From Candidatus Latescibacterota bacterium (GTDB taxonomy: Bacteria > Latescibacterota > UBA2968 > UBA8231): a DNA stretch of 64,000 bases. Shown here in pieces: positions 37,033 to 45,932 of the stretch. Under the pieces are notes generated by a model that was given only the letters and a program-made list of their open reading frames with translations, did not search any database and was not told where the DNA came from. The translations under genes were made by a program, and so were the position numbers. Where the stretch lies: the NCBI GenBank assembly GCA_965204725.1, contig OZ242005.1:4659699-4723698 (forward strand), read 5' to 3'. Position 1 is the first letter of the stretch, and every line of letters starts with the position of its first letter.

Positions 37033-37740
37033 ATGACGATGAGTAGGAGCATAGAGAAGCTCTTTCGCGCCCCCTACGGGGTGCCCAATGCGCTGCAAGC
37101 CGTAGAAGAAGGGCTGTGGATTACCGACCAAATTACCGACCGAGTGGCACTGGTCGAAATCGCCGCGCCGTCTGAATACGGCGTCACCCGCCTAATCCGC
37201 GATATTCCCAGCGAGTCGTCCAACACCAGCGGCATGGCTTGGGGCGGCGGTTCGCTGTGGTTGGCGGCCAACGGGGCGGGTACGCTCTGGCGGCCCGAGC
37301 GCCCCACGGACGCCAAGTCGGGGCAGGGCGAGATATTCGAGGTTGACCCAGATACTGGCGCGACCCGCAATCGCTACCCAGTGCCCGGCGGGGGCGGGGT
37401 TCACGGAATGGAGTACGATCCGGTTGAAGCGGGCTACGTGTGGATCACCACCCTCAAGAACCAGACGCTGAGCAAAGTCAAGATCGCCGGCTGGTCGGTC
37501 GAGCACGTGCTGGACCTGCCCTACGGGCGGGCGCACGGCGTGGTGCGGGTTGCCGATGGTATCTGGGTCGTGCATACGTCCGACCGCGTGATCGTCAAGC
37601 TCGACGTGGAGAGCGGGGCCGAGTTGGATCGAGTCATGGTCCCCGACAGCGACCCCCAGCCGCATGGTCTGTCGATTTTTGGCGAGGATTTGGTCTATTG
37701 CGACGCCGCCTCGGGGTGGGTCGCCAAAATCCGGTTGTAA
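37033..37740 (+). CDS. hypothetical beta-propeller-like protein
   Basis: 235 aa. Repeated short hydrophobic strand/turn patterns with GxW/DG motifs give a glutaminyl-cyclase or NHL-like impression. Function not assignable. Confidence 0.5.
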   Translation: MTMSRSIEKLFRAPYGVPNALQAVEEGLWITDQITDRVALVEIAAPSEYGVTRLIRDIPSESSNTSGMAWGGGSLWLAANGAGTLWRPERPTDAKSGQGEIFEVDPDTGATRNRYPVPGGGGVHGMEYDPVEAGYVWITTLKNQTLSKVKIAGWSVEHVLDLPYGRAHGVVRVADGIWVVHTSDRVIVKLDVESGAELDRVMVPDSDPQPHGLSIFGEDLVYCDAASGWVAKIRL

Positions 37741-37745
37741 AAGGC

Positions 37746-38243
37746 ATGGCTGGAAAGTACTGGCTCGTCAAATGCGAACTCGACGAGTGCTCCTTTGACG
37801 AGTTGAAGAAGCGTCCGCAAAGCACGGGCTACTGGCGGGGGGTCCGCAACTATCAAGCGCGCAATTTCATCCGCGACCGCATGGAGGAGGGAGACTTAGC
37901 GTTTTTCTATCACTCCAAATGCGACGAGCCGGGGATCGCTGGAATCGCGACCATCACGAGAGCCGGCTACCCCGACCCCAGCCAGTTCGACGCCAAGCAC
38001 CGCTACTACGACGCAAAATCCACTGAAGACGAGCCGCGCTGGTTTTCCTTCGACGTGCAGTGGAAGTGCAAATTCAAACGGTTTGTCCACCTCGCCGACC
38101 TCAAGGCCAACGACAAGCTGGTCGCCATGCAGGTGGTGCAGCGGGGTCAGCGGCTCTCGATTCAGCCGGTCGCCGAGCGGGAGTGGAAGGAGGTCTGCAA
38201 GATGGGGGGCGTCCGTGCTGCTGTTCACGAGCTTGGACTTTAA
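37746..38243 (+). CDS. EVE (PUA-like) domain protein
   Basis: The start is at the internal ATG. MAGKYWLVKCELDECSFDEL...WRGVRNYQARNFIRDRMEEGDLAFFYHS is the canonical EVE/Thyn1-like N-terminus. Confidence 0.8.
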   Translation: MAGKYWLVKCELDECSFDELKKRPQSTGYWRGVRNYQARNFIRDRMEEGDLAFFYHSKCDEPGIAGIATITRAGYPDPSQFDAKHRYYDAKSTEDEPRWFSFDVQWKCKFKRFVHLADLKANDKLVAMQVVQRGQRLSIQPVAEREWKEVCKMGGVRAAVHELGL

Positions 38244-38260
38244 GAGCCGGAGGAGATCGC

Positions 38261-39274
38261 ATGAAAATTGCCATGTTGCACGGTCCGCGCGACTTGCGGA
38301 TCGAAGATCTAACGCTGGACACGGAGCATTTGGCGGACGACCAAATTTGGGTGGAGACGGAGATTACGGGCTTTAAGATCGGCACGGACCGCGGCAACTA
38401 CGAAGGCGCCGAACAAGTGCCCGGAGCACCGGATTTTCCGCGCTGGGTGGGCGATAGCAACCTCGGCGTAGTGCGAGGGGTTGGCCGCAAAGTAACCAAG
38501 TTCGCGGCTGGGGATCGGGTGGTGTCGCGGCATCCCCATCAGTCGGCGTACGTGGCGAGCGACCGCGAAAGCATCGTACCCGTACCGGACGGAGTTGCGG
38601 CCGAAGACGCGGTATTCGCCCACTTGTACGCCTTGAGCATGCATTGCTACACCAAGGCCTTTTTCGCGCCCGGCGAGACCGTGGCCGTAGTCGGGTTGGG
38701 CGTCTTGGGGTTAGGGGCGGTGGCGCTAGGCCCGCTTTTTGGCGCGCGCGTAGTGGGGCTGGGCAACAGCCCGGTGCGCTTGGACATGGCGCGTCAGATG
38801 GGGGCTCACGAGGCCCTGTTGTCGGATGATCCCGCGCTCGCGGCCAAGCTCGACGAGTTCACTCACGGGCAAGGGATCGACTTGGTGATCCTGACGGCCA
38901 ACCCGTGGCCGGCGTATCGCACGGCCCTCGAAGTAGTCCGGCCCAACGGGCGGGTGTCTATCGTCAGCTTGCCCGGGCGAGGCGAAGCACCGCTAAATTT
39001 TAACCCGTTGGACATGCGCTGGTTTTACTTCAAGGGCATTTCGCTCTGCGCCGTCAACGACCGGGCCGGGTCGCTCTTCCCGCCGCCGGATGGCGATCGC
39101 TTTGACAACGACAGCCGTTGCGCCCACGTGCTCTCCCTGATGCAGGATGGCAAGCTCCAGCCGAGCCGCTTGGTCACGCACCGGCTACACTACTCGGACA
39201 TGGTCCAAGCCTACGAAATGGCGTACCGCCGCGAGAAAAACATGCTCAACGTGGTATTCAACTGGAAGGACTGA
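38261..39274 (+). CDS. zinc-type (MDR) alcohol dehydrogenase-like oxidoreductase
   Basis: The ATG is preceded by GGAGGAG. The product is 337 aa with a Rossmann motif VVGLGVLGLGA. The 5' extension in the ORF track is rejected. Confidence 0.8.
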   Translation: MKIAMLHGPRDLRIEDLTLDTEHLADDQIWVETEITGFKIGTDRGNYEGAEQVPGAPDFPRWVGDSNLGVVRGVGRKVTKFAAGDRVVSRHPHQSAYVASDRESIVPVPDGVAAEDAVFAHLYALSMHCYTKAFFAPGETVAVVGLGVLGLGAVALGPLFGARVVGLGNSPVRLDMARQMGAHEALLSDDPALAAKLDEFTHGQGIDLVILTANPWPAYRTALEVVRPNGRVSIVSLPGRGEAPLNFNPLDMRWFYFKGISLCAVNDRAGSLFPPPDGDRFDNDSRCAHVLSLMQDGKLQPSRLVTHRLHYSDMVQAYEMAYRREKNMLNVVFNWKD

Positions 39275-39280
39275 AGACTT

Positions 39281-40120
39281 ATGGAACTGCTGCCCACGAC
39301 CAATGCCGACGGGCTGGACGTCGTCCCGATGACCGAGGCCCAGAAGTACCTTTTTGACCTCAAGGGATTTATCCTCTTGCCCGCGCTGTTGAGCGAAGAA
39401 GAGCTGGCGACGATTCGCGCCCATCAGCATAGGTTTCTCTACGAGCGCGAGTCCCTGCCGCCGCACGAGCGCGACAATCACGGCGGCCCGGCGCAAATTT
39501 TGCTCGACCACCCGGCGGTAGTGGGCGTACTCAACGAAGTGCTCTCGCACCAAGCGTTGGCCAGCGAAGACTGCTATGGGTTCCGCTACGACCACACCTA
39601 TACCAGCCATCGCCAAGCTGGACACGACAACTTCGGCCCGCACGGCGGCGGCGGGTACTTCAACTTTCGCGGCAATTCGCACATCTATCAGATGCACCCA
39701 GGCAAAATCCATTCCGGGCTGACGCGGGTGGTGTGGGAGCTCAACGAAGTCGGCGCGGGCGACGGCGGTACGCTTTTTCTGCCGGGCAGCCACAAGGCCG
39801 CCTTCTCCCGGCCCGAAGCGCTGAGCCAGCGCGACAGTGCGCTGTGGGAGAGCTATACCTGCCCGGCCGGTTCAGCCGTGATTTTCACCGAGGCCCTGTG
39901 CCATTCGGGTACGCGCTGGACCAACCAGCAGCGGGACCGGCTGAGCTTGTTCACCTGCTACGACACCGTCAATGCCAAGTGGGGCAAGGGCTGCCCGGAG
40001 GCCGAAGTGATCGCCTCGTTCCCAGAAAAGCGCCGCACACTCTTCCGGGGCGTGTGGCACGGGATGAGCGACGTGCCTAGCATCAACAAGTACTACGAAA
40101 CAGCCAACCAAGCCGTTTGA
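39281..40120 (+). CDS. phytanoyl-CoA dioxygenase (PhyH) family Fe(II)/2OG oxygenase
   Basis: 279 aa with YLFDLKGFILLPALLSEEEL, LPGSHKA and a distal H in ALCHSG. Confidence 0.75.
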   Translation: MELLPTTNADGLDVVPMTEAQKYLFDLKGFILLPALLSEEELATIRAHQHRFLYERESLPPHERDNHGGPAQILLDHPAVVGVLNEVLSHQALASEDCYGFRYDHTYTSHRQAGHDNFGPHGGGGYFNFRGNSHIYQMHPGKIHSGLTRVVWELNEVGAGDGGTLFLPGSHKAAFSRPEALSQRDSALWESYTCPAGSAVIFTEALCHSGTRWTNQQRDRLSLFTCYDTVNAKWGKGCPEAEVIASFPEKRRTLFRGVWHGMSDVPSINKYYETANQAV

Positions 40121-40139
40121 CCCGACGAAAGAATTCTGC

Positions 40140-42863
40140 ATGCGCGAAAAAGTTCTCTTCCTGCTCGATGGCATGGCCCTCGTCTATCGGGGGCACTTCG
40201 CGATGATGCGCAATCCGCGCCTGACCTCAAAGGGCCTAAACACGTCGGCCGTTTTTGTCTTTGCCAACACCGTGCTCTCCATTATCGAAAAGGGCGAGCC
40301 GACGCATATCGCCGCCGTCTTCGACACCCCGGAGCCTACGCACCGGCACCACAAGTACGAAGAGTACAAAGCCCAGCGCGAGGCGATGCCCGAGGAGCTG
40401 AGCCAAGCGCTGCCATACGTATTCCAACTCTGCGAGGCGTTTAACATACCAGTCCTGCGCGAGCCGGGGTGGGAGGCCGACGACGTGATCGGCACCTTGG
40501 TCAAAAAGGCCGAGGCCGAGGGATTTGCGACCTACATGGTCACGCCCGACAAAGACTACGGCCAGCTCGTTTCCGAGCGGAGCTTTATGTACAAGCCGGG
40601 GCGCGGCGACGAGGCCGAGGTTTTGGGGGTGCCGGAAATCCTCGCACAATGGCAGGTCGAGCGAATTGACCAAGTGATCGACATGCTGGGGCTGATGGGC
40701 GACTCTTCGGACAATGTGCCCGGCGTCCCTGGGATCGGCCCCAAGACCGCACAAAAGCTCATTGCCCAGTACGGCAGCGTCGAAGAATTGCTGGCGCACT
40801 CCGACCAGCTCAAGGGCAAGCAGAAGCAGAACGTAGAAGATCACCGGGAACAGGCCCTGCTCTCCAAGGAGCTCGTCACCATTGAGTGCGATGTGCCCCT
40901 CGACGTAGGACTGGCGGATTTGGCCAAGGCCGAGTGGGACCGCCCAAAGCTCGAAGCCCTCTGCACCGAGCTCGAATTCAATACGCTGGGGCGGCGGCTC
41001 CTCGGCGACGAGTTTCGCGTCGAAAAAGATCAGGCCCACGGCCCACTCAAAGGGGTGGCCGATGTGGAGCACGCCTATCAACTCGCCGATGCGCCCGACA
41101 AGCGCCGGGCGTTGGTCGCGGCGCTGTTAGAGCAGCCGGCGTTTTGCTTTGACGTTGAGACCAACGGTCTCGATGTCCGGCAATGCGATTTGATTGGCTT
41201 GGCCTTTTCGTGGGCACCGGGCACGGGGCACTACGTGCCGCTGTCTAGGGAGCGGGCTGAGGGGCTGGCCGTTTTGGAGGAATTTCGCCCGGTCTTTGCA
41301 AGTGCAGCGAGCGAAAAAATCGGCCACAATCTCAAGTACGATCTCGGCGTGCTCCGCTGGCACGGCATGCAGGTGGAAGGGCCTTTCTTCGACACGATGC
41401 TAGCGGCGACCTTGGCTGAGCCCGAGCTAAGGCGCAGCATGGACGAGCTGGCCAAGAGCCTGCTGGCCTACGCGCCCAAGTCCATATCCGATCTGATCGG
41501 CGAGCGCGGCGGCGAGCAGCTAACGCTCTTGCAGGTGCCAGTGGAACAAGTGGCTGAATACGCCTGCGAGGATGCGGACATCACCTTCCAACTCGCCGCG
41601 GCGCTGCGGCCAAAAATCGAGGCCGTGGGGCAACGCCAAGTGTTCTACGAAATCGAAGCCCCGCTCCTGCCGGTGCTGGTCGATATGGAATACGAGGGCA
41701 TCCGCATGGAGAGCACGGCTTTGGCCGGACTCTCGCGGCAGTTTGAGGAGGCCATCGAGCGGGCCGGTGAGCGCGTCTTTGAGCTGGCTGGCGAGCGTTT
41801 CAACCTCAATTCGGGCCACCAGCTCGGGCGCGTGCTCTTTGAGAAGTTGGCACTGGATCCCAATGCGCGGCGGACGCAAAAAACCGGGCAGTACCAGACG
41901 GGCGAACAGGTCTTGCGTCGGCTGGCTCACCGCCACGAGATCGCCCGGCAGGTGCTCAACTACCGATTGCACACCAAGCTCAAGTCAACCTATGTCGATC
42001 AGCTGCCCAGCGCGGTCTATAAGGCCACCGGGCGCGTCCACACCAACTACGAGCAGCTAATGACCGCCACCGGCCGGATGAAGTCCGACCGCCCGAACCT
42101 GCAAAACATCCCCATCCGCAGCGAGCAGGGGCGGGAAATCCGCCGCGCCTTTGTGCCGCGCAGCGGTGACTATCTGCTTTTCTCGGCCGATTATTCGCAG
42201 ATTGAGTTGCGAATCGCGGCCGCGCTTAGCTGCGACGAGGGGATGCTGGACACCTTCAACAGCGGCGGCGATATCCACGTGGCCACCGCCGCAAAGATTT
42301 ACCAAGTCGCAGAAGACCAAGTGACAGCCCAGATGCGCCGCCAAGCCAAGACGGTCAACTTCGGCATCATCTACGGGATCTCGCCCTTTGGCTTGGCCGA
42401 GCGGCTCGACATCACCCGCCGGGAGGCCACCGAGCGAATCGAGCAGTACTTTGCCCAGTACCCCGGGGTGCAGCGCTATGTCGCCGAGACCGTGGAGTTC
42501 GCCCGCGACAAGGGCTACGTCGAGACGGTGACCGGGCGGCGGCGCTATCTGCGCGACATCAACTCGCGCAACGCCACCGTCCGCAAAGGGGCCGAGCGCA
42601 ACGCCATCAATACCCGGATTCAGGGAACGGCCGCGGATATGATCAAGCTCGCCATGAGCCGCATCCACCGGCTACTGCGCGAGGAGGGGTTCCGCTCGGC
42701 CCTGCTGTTGCAAGTCCACGACGAGTTGGTCTTCGACCTACACCGAGACGAGGTAAAGACCCTGCCGCCGCTAGTCGCCCGCGAGATGCGCGAGGCCCTG
42801 CCGATGGAGGTGCCGATAGAAATCGAGATGGGCACAGGCGAAAATTGGCTGGAGGCGCACTAG
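40140..42863 (+). CDS. polA: DNA polymerase I
   Basis: 907 aa. It has the 5'-nuclease N-terminus (LLDGMALVYRGHFA), a 3'-5' exonuclease-like middle, and polymerase motifs DYSQIELRIAA and QVHDELVFD. Confidence 0.95.
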   Translation: MREKVLFLLDGMALVYRGHFAMMRNPRLTSKGLNTSAVFVFANTVLSIIEKGEPTHIAAVFDTPEPTHRHHKYEEYKAQREAMPEELSQALPYVFQLCEAFNIPVLREPGWEADDVIGTLVKKAEAEGFATYMVTPDKDYGQLVSERSFMYKPGRGDEAEVLGVPEILAQWQVERIDQVIDMLGLMGDSSDNVPGVPGIGPKTAQKLIAQYGSVEELLAHSDQLKGKQKQNVEDHREQALLSKELVTIECDVPLDVGLADLAKAEWDRPKLEALCTELEFNTLGRRLLGDEFRVEKDQAHGPLKGVADVEHAYQLADAPDKRRALVAALLEQPAFCFDVETNGLDVRQCDLIGLAFSWAPGTGHYVPLSRERAEGLAVLEEFRPVFASAASEKIGHNLKYDLGVLRWHGMQVEGPFFDTMLAATLAEPELRRSMDELAKSLLAYAPKSISDLIGERGGEQLTLLQVPVEQVAEYACEDADITFQLAAALRPKIEAVGQRQVFYEIEAPLLPVLVDMEYEGIRMESTALAGLSRQFEEAIERAGERVFELAGERFNLNSGHQLGRVLFEKLALDPNARRTQKTGQYQTGEQVLRRLAHRHEIARQVLNYRLHTKLKSTYVDQLPSAVYKATGRVHTNYEQLMTATGRMKSDRPNLQNIPIRSEQGREIRRAFVPRSGDYLLFSADYSQIELRIAAALSCDEGMLDTFNSGGDIHVATAAKIYQVAEDQVTAQMRRQAKTVNFGIIYGISPFGLAERLDITRREATERIEQYFAQYPGVQRYVAETVEFARDKGYVETVTGRRRYLRDINSRNATVRKGAERNAINTRIQGTAADMIKLAMSRIHRLLREEGFRSALLLQVHDELVFDLHRDEVKTLPPLVAREMREALPMEVPIEIEMGTGENWLEAH

Positions 42864-42951
42864 AAGTGCTCTGTGTATTCCGAATATCCGATCTCCGCCA
42901 CATCCGCAACTTGAACTCAATCCGGCACAACAGAGAAAGGCATGGGCCATA

Positions 42952-44001
42952 ATGGGCGAGCGCATTCGCGGCTTTGGCAGCGACAATCACGCCGGAGTCC
43001 ATCCCGAGGTCATGGCGGCCTTACATCGAGTCAACGTGGGGCACGTGCATTCTTATGGGGACGATCCCCACACGGCTGAAGCTGTCGCGCTGTTGCGCGA
43101 GGTGTTGGGGTCGGAGGTAGAGGTTTTCTTTGCGTTCAACGGCACCGGGGCCAATGTTACGGCCCTCGCCGCACTCACGCGCTTTTACGACGCAGTGATC
43201 TGCTCGGACACCGCGCATCTTCACATCGACGAATGCGGTGCCCCCGAACAGGTGGCCGGCGTCAAGCTCCTGCCCGCGCCCGCACCCGACGGCAAGATTG
43301 CGCCCGAGGGAATTGCCGCACACCTTGCGGCTCGCGGCGACGAGCATCAAGTGCGCCCCCGCGTGGTGTCAATTACCCAGTCCACCGAGCTGGGCACTGT
43401 TTATACGCCCGAGGAAATACGCGCCCTCGCCGACTGCGCCCACGAGCACGGGTTGCTCCTGCATGTCGATGGGGCGCGGATTGCCAACGCAGCCGTGAGC
43501 TTGGGGTTGGAACTGCGGGAAATCACCGGGGATTGCGGGGTTGATGTGCTGTCGTTTGGCGGCACCAAGAACGGCCTGATGCTAGGGGAAGCCGTGGTCT
43601 TTTTTAAGCCGGAGCTAGCCGCGCACTATCGCCGGGCGCGCAAGCAGGGAATGCAGCTCGCGTCTAAGATGCGCTTTGTCGCCGCGCAATTTACGGCCCT
43701 GCTGACCGACGACTTGTGGCGACGGAGTGCCCAGTACGCCAACGATATGGCGCAAGCACTGGCCGAGCGAGTGCGGCCCATTCGCGGGGTAGAGGTGATT
43801 TACCCGGTGCAGGCCAACGCCGTCTTCGCCCGCTTGCCGGTGGAAGTGATCCCCACTTTGCAACAGGAGTTTTTCTTTTACCCTTGGAATGCCACGCGGG
43901 GCGAGGTGCGCTGGATGACTTCCTTTGACACCCAACTCGAAGACGTGGAAACTTTTGCAGCCCTAATCGAAACCACCATGGCGGAAAGGAGCCTATCGTG
44001 A
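42952..44001 (+). CDS. low-specificity threonine aldolase / beta-eliminating lyase family protein
   Basis: 349 aa with GFGSDNHAGVHPEV at the N-terminus and the PLP-lysine region SFGGTKNG. Confidence 0.85.
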   Translation: MGERIRGFGSDNHAGVHPEVMAALHRVNVGHVHSYGDDPHTAEAVALLREVLGSEVEVFFAFNGTGANVTALAALTRFYDAVICSDTAHLHIDECGAPEQVAGVKLLPAPAPDGKIAPEGIAAHLAARGDEHQVRPRVVSITQSTELGTVYTPEEIRALADCAHEHGLLLHVDGARIANAAVSLGLELREITGDCGVDVLSFGGTKNGLMLGEAVVFFKPELAAHYRRARKQGMQLASKMRFVAAQFTALLTDDLWRRSAQYANDMAQALAERVRPIRGVEVIYPVQANAVFARLPVEVIPTLQQEFFFYPWNATRGEVRWMTSFDTQLEDVETFAALIETTMAERSLS

Positions 44002-44843
44002 TCATCGACACCCATACCCACTTCTACGATCCCACGCGGCCGGAAGGCGTGCCTTGGCCACCGGCCGACAACGAGTTGCTCTACCGCACGGTATTGCCCG
44101 CGCACCACCGCGCTCTGGCCGCGCCCGAAGGAGTGACCGGGACGGTGGTGGTGGAAGCGAGTGCGTGGCTGGCGGACAATCAGTGGATTTTGGATTTGGC
44201 CGCGGCCGACCCTTGGATAGTCGGGCTGGTGGGGCACGTCGATCCCAATCGAGCGGCGTTCAAAGGCGACATCGACCGCCTTGCGGAAAACGCGCTCTTT
44301 CGCGGCATTCGCTGTGGCAGCGGGTATTTTGCCGACTTGGAGGCCGGGTCTTTTCTCGCCGATATGGAGCACCTCGTGGTGCGGGACTTGCAGCTCGACG
44401 CGCTGGTGGGGCCGGCGGACTTGGCCCAAGTGGCCGAACTGGCCCGGCGGCTGCCCGAATTGCGCATCGTCATCAACCACTGCGGCGGGGTCGGGACCGA
44501 CGGCGGCGATCCCGACCCGGTGTGGTTGGACGCCATGGCCGAAGCAGCCGAGCAACCGAAGATCTTTATGAAGGTCTCGGCGATCATGGAGCAAAGCAGG
44601 GTAGAGCCGGTCCCGGAAGATTTGGACTTTTATCGCCCGATTCTCGACGCAATGTGGGACGCCTTTGGCGAAGACCGCGTGATCTACGGCAGCAATTGGC
44701 CGGTCAGCGATCGAGCGGGGCGTTTCAAGGCCGCCATCTCCATTGTCAAAGCGTACTTTGGCGAAAAGGACGCGACCGAGAAGTACTTCTGGCAAAACAG
44801 CAAGATCGCGTACAAGTGGCCAGAGCCGGCCGAGCTGCCCTGA
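43998..44843 (+). CDS. amidohydrolase 2 family metal-dependent hydrolase
   Basis: 281 aa. IIDTHTHFYDP supplies the metal ligands. The start overlaps the upstream stop (GTGA). Confidence 0.8.
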   Translation: MIIDTHTHFYDPTRPEGVPWPPADNELLYRTVLPAHHRALAAPEGVTGTVVVEASAWLADNQWILDLAAADPWIVGLVGHVDPNRAAFKGDIDRLAENALFRGIRCGSGYFADLEAGSFLADMEHLVVRDLQLDALVGPADLAQVAELARRLPELRIVINHCGGVGTDGGDPDPVWLDAMAEAAEQPKIFMKVSAIMEQSRVEPVPEDLDFYRPILDAMWDAFGEDRVIYGSNWPVSDRAGRFKAAISIVKAYFGEKDATEKYFWQNSKIAYKWPEPAELP

Positions 44844-44870
44844 TCGTATGCGACTACAGGGAGATTAAGA

Positions 44871-45509
44871 ATGTACGACGAATGGAAGCCCATCTACTCG
44901 GCTTTGGTTACCGACATCATGGACCAACTCGGCTACCGCGATCAGGCCATGACCTCTGATATCCGGCCCAGCCGGGCCGACGCCTTCATCGCGGGTCCGG
45001 CCCTCACCATTGACGCGTACGCCGATACCGACCCGCATCCCGATCCCTACGGCCAGATTTTTGCCGCCTACGATCAAGCTCGCCCCGGCGACGTGTTCGT
45101 CATTGCCACCAATGGCGAAGAACGCTCCGGCCTCTGGGGCGAGCTCCTCTCCACGGCCGCCCAAGCTCGCGGCGTCGAATCCGTGCTCACCGACGGCTTG
45201 GTCCGCGATGTGCGCCAGATGAACGCCATGGGCTACAACTGCTTCTGCAAGGGGTACTCGCCGCTCGATTCGGCGGGCCGCATCCTCGCCAAAACGATCA
45301 ATCAACCGGTCACCTGCGGCGGGGTGCAGGTTCACCCCGGCGACTTTATCCTAGCCGACTACGATGGCGTGGCCGTGATTCCGGCGGCGATTAAAGGCGA
45401 AGTCAAAGAAAAGGCCATGGAGAAGCTGGCCGGGGAAAACGTCGTGCGCGATGAACTGGCCGCCGGGCAGTCGCCGAGGGCGGTTTTTGATCGGTATGGG
45501 ATATTGTAA
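44871..45509 (+). CDS. RraA family protein (HMG/CHA aldolase-like)
   Basis: 212 aa with a typical RraA-like core (GDVFVIATNGEERSGLWGELLSTAAQARG). Confidence 0.8.
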   Translation: MYDEWKPIYSALVTDIMDQLGYRDQAMTSDIRPSRADAFIAGPALTIDAYADTDPHPDPYGQIFAAYDQARPGDVFVIATNGEERSGLWGELLSTAAQARGVESVLTDGLVRDVRQMNAMGYNCFCKGYSPLDSAGRILAKTINQPVTCGGVQVHPGDFILADYDGVAVIPAAIKGEVKEKAMEKLAGENVVRDELAAGQSPRAVFDRYGIL

Positions 45510-45554
45510 TTGTTGGACGCTCATAGACGACCTCGTGTTTTCATACAACACTGC

Positions 45555-45583
45555 TTGATAAACTTGGGTCTGTTCAGTATCAT
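45555..45583 (+). promoter_or_regulatory. possible sigma70-type promoter for the second hicB
   Basis: TTGATA, a 17-nt spacer, then TATCAT, about 26 nt upstream of the GTG start, which is itself preceded by AAAGGAGAG. Confidence 0.35.
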
Positions 45584-45609
45584 AACTATACCTTCCAAAG
45601 GAGAGACTT

Positions 45610-45801
45610 GTGCCGACGCTTTTTACAGCCGTAATAACCAAGAGCGAAGATTTGCCTTTATTCGTCGCTCGCTGTCCCCAAGTGGGCACGGTTAGTCAAG
45701 GAGAGACCGAGGAGGAAGCGTTGAAAAACCTCAAAGAGGCTACCGAGCTATACTTGGAAGAAGTCACAGACTCTTCACATCAGACTCTTCGCCTTGCCTA
45801 G
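45610..45801 (+). CDS. hicB: HicB family antitoxin (second copy)
   Basis: 63 aa. The segment ...ARCPQVGTVSQGETEEEALKNLKEATELYLEEVTDSSHQTLRLA is clearly paralogous to the HicB at 10684-10881. Confidence 0.7.
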   Translation: MPTLFTAVITKSEDLPLFVARCPQVGTVSQGETEEEALKNLKEATELYLEEVTDSSHQTLRLA

Positions 45802-45874
45802 CCTGCCCTCTGGTATCTCGGCTAGAAAAGCCCAACGTGCTCTCGAGCGCTTGGGCTTTCATTTTGTCCGGCAG
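45794..45874 (+). pseudogene. hicA: truncated hicA remnant
   Basis: It uses the same TTG-overlapping-stop architecture as the first locus. It encodes MPSLPSGISARKAQRALERLGFHFVRQ, then loses homology before the catalytic GSH motif. The downstream sequence becomes the ino1 RBS and start. Confidence 0.6.
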
Positions 45875-45932
45875 ACTTGTTTTAGCGTTAGCAGCGCACG
45901 ACCTAAATTTTTCAAAGCAAAAGGAGATTCTC

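Noticed and set aside
42864-42951. Possible terminator or regulatory element between polA and the threonine aldolase gene.
   Set aside because: No convincing stem-loop with a U-tract and no promoter hexamers were found in the 88-nt spacer.
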